DNA of 64,000 nt, taken from positions 45,877 through 109,876 of the IMG/VR virus record IMGVR_UViG_3300036800_000175; one strand, 5' to 3'. How positions within the stretch are numbered: the stretch's first letter is position 1; the number at the start of each line of letters is the position of its first letter. The notes below the pieces were generated by a model, which had not been told where the DNA came from, made no database searches, and saw only the letters and a list, made by a program, of their open reading frames with translations. The translations under genes were made by a program, and so were the position numbers. Shown piece by piece: positions 45,348-54,877 of this stretch. Origin of the DNA: a virus.

Positions 45348-45599
45348 ATGACGGACGGCGCCGGAACCGTAGCCCCACTCCCCCACCTGGGGGAATGGCT
45401 GCCGCCGAAGGAAGTCGCCCCCAAGCTGGGGGTGTCCTGGTCCACCGTCTACAGGCTGATCCGATCAGGTGACCTCAAGGCCCGCCGTATCGGCCGGGGC
45501 CGGGGCACCCTCAAAGTTGAGATCAGCGAGATCACCCGCTACCTGGACAGCGCCGAAACGGCAGCAGCAACTGACCTGCTCACGGCGGTGCCGGCGTGA
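45348..45599 (+). CDS. excisionase-like (HTH_17) DNA-binding protein
   Basis: WLPPKEVAPKLGVSWSTVYRLIRSGDLKARRIG. Confidence 0.85.
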   Translation: MTDGAGTVAPLPHLGEWLPPKEVAPKLGVSWSTVYRLIRSGDLKARRIGRGRGTLKVEISEITRYLDSAETAAATDLLTAVPA

Positions 45600-45916
45600 T
45601 CGCCGTCGGCGCGGATGACCGCGAAGTGATCTTGCGGATCGCGTCCTCAATCACCAGAGCCCAGCACGACCCGATCGAGGTCGTCCGGAACTCAGTCCCG
45701 ATGCTCACCTGGCTCGAGCACGCCACCGATAAGGGTGACCTGGCTCACCGCCTTGAGGCGCTGAACCGGATGTGGTGCAACCTCCCCGACTCCGATGACC
45801 GCGGCCCGGTCCTCGACTCACCCGCCGCGTTCGTCGTCGGGGCGGAGATCTTCTACCTGTTCGCGACCGGAGACCCGGAGATTCCCGACGGCCTGACCGG
45901 CGGTGACGCCGTATGA
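45596..45916 (+). CDS. hypothetical protein
   Basis: GTGA coupling. Confidence 0.6.
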   Translation: MIAVGADDREVILRIASSITRAQHDPIEVVRNSVPMLTWLEHATDKGDLAHRLEALNRMWCNLPDSDDRGPVLDSPAAFVVGAEIFYLFATGDPEIPDGLTGGDAV

Positions 45917-46176
45917 ACCGCGTCTGCCCCCGCGACGGCACCGTCCTTGACGGCGGCCCGGTCGTGTTCTGGTGCTCCGGCCGCGGCCGGGATGTCCACG
46001 GCAGCTGCGCTCCCCTCGCGGTGACGCACGCTCCCCATGATCGCGTGGCGGGCCGGGCATCGGCCACCCCCGAAGCCGGGCCGGCCCGCCACGCCCACGA
46101 ACGCGCGGCCGGGCGCGGGCATGCCCCGGCGCCCGGCCGCGCCTCCCAGCCAGCAGCAGCGGAAGGGGGTGCGTGA
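45913..46176 (+). CDS. small Cys-containing hypothetical protein
   Basis: CPRDG...GPVVFWC; coupled. Confidence 0.5.
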   Translation: MNRVCPRDGTVLDGGPVVFWCSGRGRDVHGSCAPLAVTHAPHDRVAGRASATPEAGPARHAHERAAGRGHAPAPGRASQPAAAEGGA

Positions 46177-46457
46177 TGGCCGACGTCCTCGTCCCCCTGG
46201 ACTCCGTCGGGATCATGCTCGCGGCCGACGACGCCGCGGACGACCGCTGGCAGGAACGCGCGCTGTGCGCCCAGACCGATCCGGAGGCGTTTTTCCCGGA
46301 GAAGGGCGGCAGCACCCGCGAAGCCAAGAAGGTGTGCCGGGCCTGCGAAGTCCGCGTCGACTGCCTTGAGTACGCGCTCGCGCGGGACGAACGCTTCGGG
46401 ATCTGGGGCGGACTGTCGGAGCGGGAACGCCGCCGGATGAAGCGCGAGGCGGTCTGA
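46173..46457 (+). CDS. whiB: WhiB-family Fe-S transcription factor (WhiB/WhiB2-like)
   Basis: WQERALCAQTDPEAFFPEKGGSTREAKKVC..C.V...CLEYAL..DERFGIWGGLSERERR. Confidence 0.95.
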   Translation: MMADVLVPLDSVGIMLAADDAADDRWQERALCAQTDPEAFFPEKGGSTREAKKVCRACEVRVDCLEYALARDERFGIWGGLSERERRRMKREAV

Positions 46458-46458
46458 G

Positions 46459-46992
46459 ATGGGCGCCGCAGCCTTCGTGGGCTCGGCCTTCGTCGCCGGC
46501 ATGGCGATAACCGTCGTCGCGCACGGCGGGATCCCGCTGGCCCACGCCACCAGTCAGGGCGGCCACGGTGCCCCGGCGCGGCCGGCGGCAGTGACGCGGG
46601 CGATCAGCTACGCGTGGGCCCAGGTCGGCAGGCAACCGTACTGCTGGGGTGGGACCGGCGCGTCGTGCCCGAACCCGCCATACCACGGCTACGACTGTTC
46701 CGGCCTGATGTTCAAGGCCTACGGCTTCCCGCCCGGCCTGCGGACCTCGCAGCAGCAGTGGGCTGGCCTGCCGCACGTCCCCGCCAGCCAGGCCCGGCCC
46801 GGCGATCTCGTCTTCGCGCCCGGCAGTGACGGGACGCGGGCCAAGCCCGGCCACGTCGGCATGCTGCTCTCCCGTGACCGCGTCGTGCAGGCGTACGCCC
46901 CCGGCTACCTGGTCAGCGTCACGTCGCTCAGCAACTTCGCTGCCGGCGCCGGCGGGATCACCGGCTTCGCACGCCCCACCGGAGGTGCCTGA
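46459..46992 (+). CDS. secreted NlpC/P60 peptidoglycan endopeptidase
   Basis: PYCWGG, YDCSGL, PGDLVF, GHVGM; N-terminal signal/TM. Confidence 0.9.
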   Translation: MGAAAFVGSAFVAGMAITVVAHGGIPLAHATSQGGHGAPARPAAVTRAISYAWAQVGRQPYCWGGTGASCPNPPYHGYDCSGLMFKAYGFPPGLRTSQQQWAGLPHVPASQARPGDLVFAPGSDGTRAKPGHVGMLLSRDRVVQAYAPGYLVSVTSLSNFAAGAGGITGFARPTGGA

Positions 46993-47132
46993 TGCTCGGC
47001 AAGATCATCGGCTGGATCATCATCATCCTCACCGTCGTGTGGGTCCTCACTAACCCGCATCACGCTGCGGACGTCGTTCACGGCTGGCTCAGCGGGATCG
47101 CGTCCTGGCTCTGGGAGAGGTGGCACCTGTGA
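46992..47132 (+). CDS. 46-aa membrane peptide (not in ORF track)
   Basis: MLGKIIGWIIIILTVVWVLTNPHHAADVVHGWLSGIASWLWERWHL*; GGAGG RBS. Confidence 0.65.
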   Translation: MLGKIIGWIIIILTVVWVLTNPHHAADVVHGWLSGIASWLWERWHL

Positions 47133-47647
47133 GCCGCCGCAGCAGCAGCGGCCGCGGGACGGGTGCCGCTGTCGCGGTGGTGGCCGGGCTGTACCTGTCA
47201 TCCACGATGCACCCCCACGGGTCGCCCGCAGCGCAGCCCCCCGCGCATCATCACCACGACCGCGCCTCCCTGACGTCCATGCCGCAGGGAAACGGGGGGA
47301 CGCCCAGCCAGAACCGGGCGCTCGCGAACGCGATGGCGGCCCGCCGCGGGTGGACCGGCGCGCAGACGCAGTGCCTGGACACGCTGTGGATGGGTGAGTC
47401 CGCGTTCGACCAGTTCAACACCTACCCCAGCCACGACACCTCGCCGTCGACGCCCGGTTCGCAGATCACGACGGCGTACGGGATCCCGCAGGCGCTCCCG
47501 GCGCAGAAGATGGCCGCTGCCGGAGCGGACTGGCAGACCAACCCCCGCACACAGATCAGATGGGGCCTGGGCTACATCCAGGCGACCTACGGCTACCCCT
47601 GTACGGCCCTGAACTTCAAGACCACGCACGGAAACAAGGGCTACTAG
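47129..47647 (+). CDS. lytic transglycosylase-like (SLT-type) protein
   Basis: CL..LW..ES...AYGIPQALP..KM..AG.DWQTNP.TQIRWGLGYI..TYG.PC. Confidence 0.85.
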   Translation: MSRRSSSGRGTGAAVAVVAGLYLSSTMHPHGSPAAQPPAHHHHDRASLTSMPQGNGGTPSQNRALANAMAARRGWTGAQTQCLDTLWMGESAFDQFNTYPSHDTSPSTPGSQITTAYGIPQALPAQKMAAAGADWQTNPRTQIRWGLGYIQATYGYPCTALNFKTTHGNKGY

Positions 47648-47678
47648 CCCACCACCCCCACGAAAGGAAACCCCGTCC

Positions 47679-47864
47679 ATGCAGCACACCGGCTTCAACT
47701 ACTGGATCCACCACGGCAGCGGCGGCGTCATGTTCGGCCTGCTGATCGCATTCCTGGTCCTGGTCGTCATCCCTGTCGCGCTCATCATCGAGGGGCGCAT
47801 GAAGGCCAGCCGTGCTGAGGCCGCCCGCGCCGAGGCCCGCGCCGCCAGCCGCTACGCCGGCTGA
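47679..47864 (+). CDS. small single-TM protein
   Basis: AAAGGA RBS, hydrophobic core. Confidence 0.6.
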   Translation: MQHTGFNYWIHHGSGGVMFGLLIAFLVLVVIPVALIIEGRMKASRAEAARAEARAASRYAG

Positions 47865-47881
47865 CCCACTCTCTAACCGCT

Positions 47882-48289
47882 TTGACACACCCCGTGGAAG
47901 GGCCGGCGACCGTGCCAGACATCACCGACCAGCGGCTGCGGGATCTGCTCCGCCGCCTGCCCGACGTGCCCGACGACCTTGTCTGGCGCGCGGTGCAGGC
48001 GGAGGACAAGATCCGGAAGGCCCTCGCAGGCCCGGAGCCGGACTCGCGGGCAGCACGGAACATCGCCTTGCAGTTCTTGCAGGCCGAGCTCACCAACCGG
48101 CGCAAGGCCGGCCTGATCAGCACATCGCTGATTGAGGTGCAGCTCGCCGGCACGACCCTCGCCATCGGGATCGAGATCCACAACTGGACCCCGGACCGGC
48201 CCGCCGGCCCGTGGCCACCCGGTGGCGGCCAGCTGACGGATGTTTTCTTCCGGAACCTCACTGCAACGTTGGAAGGAGATCAGCAGTGA
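47882..48289 (+). CDS. hypothetical protein
   Basis: In operon, start uncertain. Confidence 0.55.
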   Translation: MTHPVEGPATVPDITDQRLRDLLRRLPDVPDDLVWRAVQAEDKIRKALAGPEPDSRAARNIALQFLQAELTNRRKAGLISTSLIEVQLAGTTLAIGIEIHNWTPDRPAGPWPPGGGQLTDVFFRNLTATLEGDQQ

Positions 48290-49080
48290 CACACGGCCTG
48301 ACCGCGCTGCGGGACCTGGCACACAACAGGGGAAGCAGCGACGCCAGCCAGGCGGCCCCCGGCCCGGGCGCCCCCACCGATGAACTCGCCGCGGAACTCG
48401 CGGCGTCCCGCGAATGGCTGGACCGCGAGCTGGCTGCCTCAGCCGCCGGCGGCACCATGCCACCGCCGCGCCAGCCGGCCCCCGGGCCCGCCCCGGCCGG
48501 GCCGGCCAGTACGGAACCGATCATCCGCCTGCGTGAGGGCCGCAAGATGACAGTCGGGAATGAGGCCCGCGCTGTCGTGGGCCAGGTGTGGCGGCAGGCT
48601 CGCCGGAATCTCCGTGAGATGCGGCACCACCCGGGCGGGATGATCAACGGCTGGCTCGCGGCGCAAGGCCCGTCGGTCGATGACCAGATCGCGTACAAGC
48701 GGGAAAAGCGGTGGGTGCCCCTCGGTCATGACGACGGGGTGGCGGACAAGGCCGGCACCGCGTACCAGACCGTGATCGGTGTCCCGGGTGTGGCGTTCTT
48801 CGGTGCCTGCAAGGCGATCGTCGCCCGGCCGTTCCGGTTCGGGGCCACATTCTTCGCCTGCTACCTGCTCACCGCGTTGACGCTGATCCTCGCCCAGCCG
48901 CGGATCGCCGGGGTGGCCATGCTCATTTGCCTGCCCATCGCCGTGATCGCCGCCCTGATCGGCTTGGAGGGCTGGGCCGCCGCGTCCCGCCGCGCCAGCC
49001 AACCGCAGCCACCCGACGACGAAGACGACGACGAAGCCGAGGACGACGACCCGGCCGGCTACGAACCCCCATCGGAATAA
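48286..49080 (+). CDS. membrane protein (Spd-like slot)
   Basis: AAGGAG RBS; C-terminal TM helices, acidic tail. Confidence 0.65.
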   Translation: MTHGLTALRDLAHNRGSSDASQAAPGPGAPTDELAAELAASREWLDRELAASAAGGTMPPPRQPAPGPAPAGPASTEPIIRLREGRKMTVGNEARAVVGQVWRQARRNLREMRHHPGGMINGWLAAQGPSVDDQIAYKREKRWVPLGHDDGVADKAGTAYQTVIGVPGVAFFGACKAIVARPFRFGATFFACYLLTALTLILAQPRIAGVAMLICLPIAVIAALIGLEGWAAASRRASQPQPPDDEDDDEAEDDDPAGYEPPSE

Positions 49081-49084
49081 GGGA

Positions 49085-49972
49085 ATGATCATGCACGCAC
49101 ACACGGTCGCGCTCGCGGCCAACCACGCCGCCGCGCTGACCCCGCCGCACGCGCACGGCTCCGTCATCGTGCTCGCCGTGCTCGCCGGCGCGGCCGGCCT
49201 GACCCTGTGGGCGTTCAGGTACACCCGCCGGCTGGTGTGCTGGCTGATCGCGTTCGCCGCCGGGATCTGCGCCATCGGGGTCGGCGTGTGGTCAGACGCC
49301 CTGGTCGCCCTGGTCACCAGCGGACCCGGCCAGATCGCGCTGATCGTGATCGTTTTCGCGTCCGGCATCACGTTTTACCTGGTCGCGGTGCATGACGCGC
49401 AAGGCCGCAAGATCCGGCAGGCCAAAAGGAAGCGCCGCAAGGACAAGAAGGACCGCGGGCGCGACGACTACGACGATGACGTCAGCGCGGAACTCGCCCT
49501 CACCGGCGGGAAAGAGATCGTGATCCCGCGGCGCAGCAACACGCTGGATCGCCGCAGCCACCACCACCACATCGGCTCCCCGGCGGTCGCCGCGATCTTC
49601 GGCACGTCGTTTTCCCTGCTGGTGATCACCTTCGGGCTGATCATGACGGACCTGTGGGAGTCGTTCACGTCGCTGGGCAGCACCGTCGCGACCCAGTCCG
49701 GCCGGGCCAGCTCCGGTAAGGCAGCGGCCGCCGCGGTGGCCGGGCATGGCCAGTCGCCCGGTCACATCGTGCTGATCGGCGCGGCGATCCTCATCGCGGT
49801 CCTGTACGGCGGTCACCGGGTCTCACGGCGGATCCACGGCGACAAGAACAAGAACAACGACGGCGGCAACGGCGGCGGTGGCGGCCGGGGCGGCCGGAAG
49901 AAGCGCGGCCGTAACCGTGGCGGCGGCCAGGTGCAGAACAACCGGCCCACGCAGGAACTGGGGTGGCACTAA
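49085..49972 (+). CDS. multi-pass membrane protein (Spd-like slot)
   Basis: About 5 hydrophobic helices. Confidence 0.7.
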   Translation: MIMHAHTVALAANHAAALTPPHAHGSVIVLAVLAGAAGLTLWAFRYTRRLVCWLIAFAAGICAIGVGVWSDALVALVTSGPGQIALIVIVFASGITFYLVAVHDAQGRKIRQAKRKRRKDKKDRGRDDYDDDVSAELALTGGKEIVIPRRSNTLDRRSHHHHIGSPAVAAIFGTSFSLLVITFGLIMTDLWESFTSLGSTVATQSGRASSGKAAAAAVAGHGQSPGHIVLIGAAILIAVLYGGHRVSRRIHGDKNKNNDGGNGGGGGRGGRKKRGRNRGGGQVQNNRPTQELGWH

Positions 49973-49975
49973 CCC

Positions 49976-52018
49976 ATGGCTGGCATGCAGCAGCAGGGAA
50001 GCGAAGCCCGGGTCGTGGAGGCTGAGCATCACGGCCTGCTGGTCCCGTTCTACTGGATGTTCGCCTCCGATGCGACCGTCCTGGCTGCCTCCCTGCTGCT
50101 GCCGTCCTGGCGGCTGCTCATCGCCGCCGTGGCCGCCGCGCTTGCGATCGGCAGGCAGGTCCGGCAGGTCCGCCGGATCGAGGATGAGATAGCGGAGGCC
50201 ACCGGGCAGCCGGTGGTCCGCCACAAGCCACCCATCCTGCGGTGGACGCTCGGCACCCTGTGGCTCCTGATCGCCGCCGCGGCCGGGCTGCGCCTGGTCC
50301 CGCAGGTGGTGATGCAGATCCTGCTGATCATCGGCGTGTACGCGATCGCGGCGAAGCACTGGTCCCGCAACCGGGTGCCGCACGACGCCCCGCACACCCG
50401 CATCATCACCTCTGGTGCCACCGTGATCCTGGACGACGACGACGCCCAGGCCGCACCGCCGCAGGCCGCACCGTTCGCCACCCCACCCGGCCCGCCGCCC
50501 ACGCCGGCCCCGCCGCCGCCCGCACCGGCCCCTGCGGAGAGTTCCTATGTGGTGCCCCGGATGGGCACCCTGGCCGCGGGTGTGGTCGCGGCGGCCCGCA
50601 CCGCAGCCAACGATTCCGTGATCCGGGCGCTCACCGAACTGTTTGACCAGTTCAAGGTGGACGCCCGGGTCACCGGCTTCAAACGCGGTCCGACGGTCAC
50701 CCGGTATGAGGTGGAACTCGGCCCGGCAGTGAAAGTTGAGCGGGTCACCGCCCTGACCAGGAACATCGCGCTCGCGGTCAAGACGGCGGATGTGCGGATC
50801 TTGTCGCCGGTCCCGGGAAGATCCGTGATCGGCATTGAGATCCCCAACGCGGACAAGGACCTGGTCCGGCTGGGGGACATCCTCCGCTCACCCGCCGCAC
50901 TGATGGACCCCCATCCGATGGTTGTGGGGCTCGGCAAGGACGTTGAGGGCCGCACCGTCATCGCGAACCTCGCGAAGATGCCTCACATGCTCATTGCCGG
51001 CGCGACCGGCGCGGGGAAATCCACCTGCATCTACGGGCTGATCACCTCAATCCTCATGCGGGCCACCGTTGAGGACGTCCGGATGATCCTGATCGACCCC
51101 AAGCGGGTCGAACTGGCCATCTACGCCGGCATCCCGCACCTGTACACCCCGATCATCACCAGCGCGAAGAAAGCCGCTGAGGCCCTGGCGTGGGTGGTCG
51201 GGGAGATGGACCGCCGCTACGACGACCTGGCCGCGTTCGGGTTCCGGCATATAGACGACTTCAACGCCGCGGTCCGCGGCGGCAAGGTCGTCCTCCCGCC
51301 GGGCAGTGAGCGGATCCTCAGGCCGTACCCGTACCTGCTGGTCATCGTGGATGAGCTGGCCGACCTGATGATGGTCGCCCCCCGCGACGTTGAAGACTCG
51401 ATCGTCCGGATCACCCAGCTGGCCCGCGCCGCCGGGATTCATCTGGTGCTCGCCACCCAGCGGCCGTCAGTGGACGTGGTCACCGGGATCATCAAAGCCA
51501 ACGTGCCCGCCCGGCTCGCGTTCGGCACCTCAAGCCTCACCGACAGCCGGGTCATCCTCGATCAGCCGGGCGCGGAGAAACTCGTCGGGGAAGGCGACTG
51601 CCTGTACCTGCCGATGGGGGCGAGCATCCCCACCCGGCTGCAAAACGCGTTCGTCACCGAAGGCGAAGTCCGCGACGTGGTCGCCCAGTGCAAGGCGCAG
51701 GGCTCACCGGAATACCGCGAAGACTTCACCACGCCAGACCGGGCGGCCCGGGAAATAGACGCGGAAATCGGTGACGACCTGACGCTGCTCAGGCAAGCCG
51801 CCGAACTTATCATCCGCACCCAATTCGGCTCAACATCAATGCTGCAACGCAAACTCCGCGTCGGGTTCGCGAAAGCGGGCCGGCTAATGGACCTGCTCGA
51901 GGCACGGCAGATCGTCGGACCCTCCGAAGGGTCGAAGGCCCGCGATGTCCTGGTCCGCCCCGACGACCTGACCCAGACGCTCGCAGCCCTGGACCCAGAC
52001 AGTGAAAGGACCACCTGA
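49976..52018 (+). CDS. ftsK: FtsK/SpoIIIE DNA translocase (TraB-like role, host-type motor and gamma domain)
   Basis: [69 protein letters not shown]; N-terminal TMs. Confidence 0.95.
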   Translation: MAGMQQQGSEARVVEAEHHGLLVPFYWMFASDATVLAASLLLPSWRLLIAAVAAALAIGRQVRQVRRIEDEIAEATGQPVVRHKPPILRWTLGTLWLLIAAAAGLRLVPQVVMQILLIIGVYAIAAKHWSRNRVPHDAPHTRIITSGATVILDDDDAQAAPPQAAPFATPPGPPPTPAPPPPAPAPAESSYVVPRMGTLAAGVVAAARTAANDSVIRALTELFDQFKVDARVTGFKRGPTVTRYEVELGPAVKVERVTALTRNIALAVKTADVRILSPVPGRSVIGIEIPNADKDLVRLGDILRSPAALMDPHPMVVGLGKDVEGRTVIANLAKMPHMLIAGATGAGKSTCIYGLITSILMRATVEDVRMILIDPKRVELAIYAGIPHLYTPIITSAKKAAEALAWVVGEMDRRYDDLAAFGFRHIDDFNAAVRGGKVVLPPGSERILRPYPYLLVIVDELADLMMVAPRDVEDSIVRITQLARAAGIHLVLATQRPSVDVVTGIIKANVPARLAFGTSSLTDSRVILDQPGAEKLVGEGDCLYLPMGASIPTRLQNAFVTEGEVRDVVAQCKAQGSPEYREDFTTPDRAAREIDAEIGDDLTLLRQAAELIIRTQFGSTSMLQRKLRVGFAKAGRLMDLLEARQIVGPSEGSKARDVLVRPDDLTQTLAALDPDSERTT

Positions 52019-52575
52019 TGGACCACCTGACCATGTGGACCATGGCCCACCGGGCCATGAGCCACCCCGCATGGACCACCCTGGCCGGAGGGACCACCGC
52101 AGGGGCCGGCGTGGGCCACACCGTGGGCCACGCCGCCGGGAGGATCGCGGCCAGCCTGGGTCACGACGCCGTCACCCACCCAAAGTGGGCCGCCGGGGTC
52201 GCCGTAGTGATCGCCGTCGCCGTGTGGATTGGCGTGCGCCGCCGCGGGGGAGCGAGGCGGCGCCCCCCCGTGCGGGTTCCGCATCACGATCATGGCGGCG
52301 GCGGTCCGTGGCTCGGCCTGGGCGTCGCGGTCGGGGCGCTCGTGTTCGTCATCGTGCTGGTGGCCAACTGGAAGCCCGCCACGCCCGTCAGGCACACCGC
52401 CGCGCCGACGCCGACGCCGACGGTGACGCACACGACCATCGTCCAGCACATCACCCACGTCACCCATGTGACCCGCGCGGCCGCCACCCATATCCCCGAC
52501 GGCCTGTGGTGGGTCGCGGGGATCACCGTGGTCGCCGTGGTGGTCATCTACCTCAACCGCCGGAGGTCGTCATGA
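52018..52575 (+). CDS. three-TM membrane protein (Spd-like slot)
   Basis: TGATG coupling with ftsK. Confidence 0.65.
   Translation: MDHLTMWTMAHRAMSHPAWTTLAGGTTAGAGVGHTVGHAAGRIAASLGHDAVTHPKWAAGVAVVIAVAVWIGVRRRGGARRRPPVRVPHHDHGGGGPWLGLGVAVGALVFVIVLVANWKPATPVRHTAAPTPTPTVTHTTIVQHITHVTHVTRAAATHIPDGLWWVAGITVVAVVVIYLNRRRSS
52019..52130. repeat. TGGNCCA heptamer cluster 1
   Basis: 6 perfect copies (52019, 52036, 52043, 52072, 52112, 52124) plus degenerate copies. Confidence 0.85.
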
Positions 52576-53762
52576 CTGACCTGCGAAACCCCTCCCCTCC
52601 CCCGGGGGAGCACCCCTCCCCGGCGGCCGATGCGCATACGCCCATGCGCGCATCCGCGGATGCGCGCATGCGCGCGGGCGCGCGTCAGGATAAGGCAGAC
52701 CCGGCCGAACCGGCCGGAGCCACGCCGGCGGTACCTGAACCCCCCGGGATCGACTGGGTTTCCTCCGCTGGCGGGGCCCTGGTCGGAGGCTTGTGCGCGG
52801 CCCTGACGTGGTCCGGCGGTTACGAGTTCGCCCAGCAATGCGACTGGCCCGCGGCGCTCGCCTGGATCCTGCCGCTGATCACGGACATCTACGCCGGGGT
52901 TGCCCTGTGGATCATGCTGGGCCTGCGCTGGGCCAGCACGGAAACCCGGCACTTCGCCGCCGGATCCACGGTCCTCGCGGTCGCGGCGTCGGTCGCCATG
53001 CAGATCATGTACCACATCCTGCTGAACTCGCCCGGCCACAAGCCCCCCGTGGGTGTGGTGGTCGCCGTGTCGGTGGTCGCCCCGATCATGCTGGCGCTCA
53101 CCGCGCACCTGATGGCCCGGGTCAACGGTGACCGCGGCGAGCTGGTCAGGGCCGCACACCAGGCGCAGGCCCGGCACGCTGAGACGCAACGGGCGGAAGC
53201 CGAGACGCGCGCCGAGACGCAGCGGGCGGAGGCTGCCCGGGTCGCCGCTGACCGTGCCGCCACCGAACGCGCGGCGGCTGAGGCGGACGCAGCCCGGGCG
53301 GCAGCGGCGCGGGCCTCGGGCGAGTTGGCAGTTTGGGAGGCGCAGCGCGCCGCAGCCGCCCGGGAGCGCGCCGCAGCGGATGGGCCACCGATGGGCCACC
53401 CCGCCGGCGTGGACCATGGGCCAGGCACGGCCGGTGGACCATCCGCAGGTGACGTGGACCATGGGCCAGACGGCGGGGTGGACCATGGTCCACCCCCAGC
53501 CGATGGGCCAGACGACGGCGACGACCCCGACGCGGCGTGGACCCTGCCCGACGGTGAACGCGACGAAAAAGGCGACCCCGGCGACATTTACGTCCAGGCC
53601 CGCAACGCGTTCCGGCAAAGCTGCCGCGACGGAAAGCCGCTGAGCCCCCGCGCGATCGCCGCGATGTTCCCCGGCAAGTCCCGCAATTGGGGCAAGACAC
53701 GCATCACCGAAGTCAAGAAAGGGATACACGGGATACGCCTCGCCCGCGCGGCAGGCGAGTAA
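52572..53762 (+). CDS. DUF2637 / Spd-like membrane protein with coiled coil and C-terminal HTH
   Basis: LTWSGGYEFA...AWILPLITD; four TMs; PLSPRAIAAMFPGKSRNWG. Confidence 0.7.
   Translation: MTDLRNPSPPPGEHPSPAADAHTPMRASADARMRAGARQDKADPAEPAGATPAVPEPPGIDWVSSAGGALVGGLCAALTWSGGYEFAQQCDWPAALAWILPLITDIYAGVALWIMLGLRWASTETRHFAAGSTVLAVAASVAMQIMYHILLNSPGHKPPVGVVVAVSVVAPIMLALTAHLMARVNGDRGELVRAAHQAQARHAETQRAEAETRAETQRAEAARVAADRAATERAAAEADAARAAAARASGELAVWEAQRAAAARERAAADGPPMGHPAGVDHGPGTAGGPSAGDVDHGPDGGVDHGPPPADGPDDGDDPDAAWTLPDGERDEKGDPGDIYVQARNAFRQSCRDGKPLSPRAIAAMFPGKSRNWGKTRITEVKKGIHGIRLARAAGE
53381..53510. repeat. TGGNCCA heptamer cluster 2 with 22-bp palindrome
   Basis: 10 perfect copies; GGGGTGGACCATGGTCCACCCC at 53475-53496. 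Confidence 0.9.
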
Positions 53763-53792
53763 ACCACCAAAGGGAGTAGGAGACCCCCCGAA

Positions 53793-54527
53793 ATGACAGC
53801 ACCAGCCGTCCAGACCGTCTATGAGGCATGCGAGGAAATGCTCACCCGCTACACCCCGGTCGCCACCCGCGTCGAAGGACACAACAGGTCGATCGTGATC
53901 CGCGCCGGAGGTAATAGCCACACGTTCTACGTGCTGGCGCAGGACCTGGACGACGGCACCTGCCACCTGTTCCCGTGGTACACCGGGCTGTCCAGGACCA
54001 CCGTGATCACCCCCGGCCTGGATGTCCGCGCCGTCCCCAAGCATGCCGTCCAGCTGCTCAGGCATGGTGTGCCCGTCCCGCAGCACGGGATCGCGTTCGG
54101 CTGGGTTGGCCGTGGCGACCGGGTCACCGCCCTGGTCCCGGTCGACGTTGAGTACCGCCCGGACAAGCCGCTGCCGACGTTCGCTGTGATGCCGCATGAG
54201 GACGCCGGACGCAACGACTGGCCGCCGTTCTATAACGCTGAGGTGTTCGGCCCGGAGATGTGGGAAGCCCAGCGGGCGGGCCGGCTGGTGGTCCTGGACG
54301 ATGCGATCGCCAGCACCGCCCAGAACGTCTCCTGGATCGAGCGGACCGACGGGGAGGCCGCCAGTTACTGTGACGTGGGCACCGATGTCGCCTGGGATGG
54401 GTTCACCATCCCGGCCGGCCGGTACGCCTACTGGCGGCGCCTGCTGTCCCGCGACCGCCGCTGGCCGTCGCCCACCGAACTGCTTGATAACTACACCGCA
54501 TCCGACCTGGCCCCCCGCTTCCGCTGA
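53793..54527 (+). CDS. hypothetical protein
   Basis: 244 aa, AGGAG RBS. Confidence 0.7.
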   Translation: MTAPAVQTVYEACEEMLTRYTPVATRVEGHNRSIVIRAGGNSHTFYVLAQDLDDGTCHLFPWYTGLSRTTVITPGLDVRAVPKHAVQLLRHGVPVPQHGIAFGWVGRGDRVTALVPVDVEYRPDKPLPTFAVMPHEDAGRNDWPPFYNAEVFGPEMWEAQRAGRLVVLDDAIASTAQNVSWIERTDGEAASYCDVGTDVAWDGFTIPAGRYAYWRRLLSRDRRWPSPTELLDNYTASDLAPRFR

Positions 54528-54544
54528 CCCAAGGGGGCCTCCCC

Positions 54545-54856
54545 GTGAGCACGCTGACTGAGACAAGCCCGCCCGCCGCTGAGCGCAGCCCGGCCGGACC
54601 CAGCGTCGGGCCCTGCCGGTTGTGCAAGGCGGTCGCCTACGGGGGCGACGCTGACGGGCCGGTCCACGCGTGCTGCTTCGAGTGGCGGGCCGCGATCGCC
54701 GCCGGGCTGTCCTGCCCGGCGTGCGACGCGGCCCGCCTGTCACGGGCACGCGGCCGGATCGTCCCGCCGCGGCTGCCCCGCAAACTCCCCGACGGCCGGC
54801 CCCTCGTCCCGGGCCTGCCCGTCACCCCGGATCAGGCAGAATCAGCGGCATGCTGA
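54545..54856 (+). CDS. Cys-rich hypothetical protein
   Basis: CRLC, HACC, CPAC. Confidence 0.55.
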   Translation: MSTLTETSPPAAERSPAGPSVGPCRLCKAVAYGGDADGPVHACCFEWRAAIAAGLSCPACDAARLSRARGRIVPPRLPRKLPDGRPLVPGLPVTPDQAESAAC

Positions 54857-54877
54857 CCCTGCAACATCAACGATGAG

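Noticed and set aside
49976-52018. Host chromosomal ftsK locus marking a prophage boundary
   Set aside because: Flanking genes are mobile-element type on both sides and the N-terminus differs from housekeeping FtsK
44396-53762. An independent AICE inserted in the phage
   Set aside because: No integrase, RepSA/RepAM or att duplication seen at the module edges; a decayed insertion cannot be fully excluded
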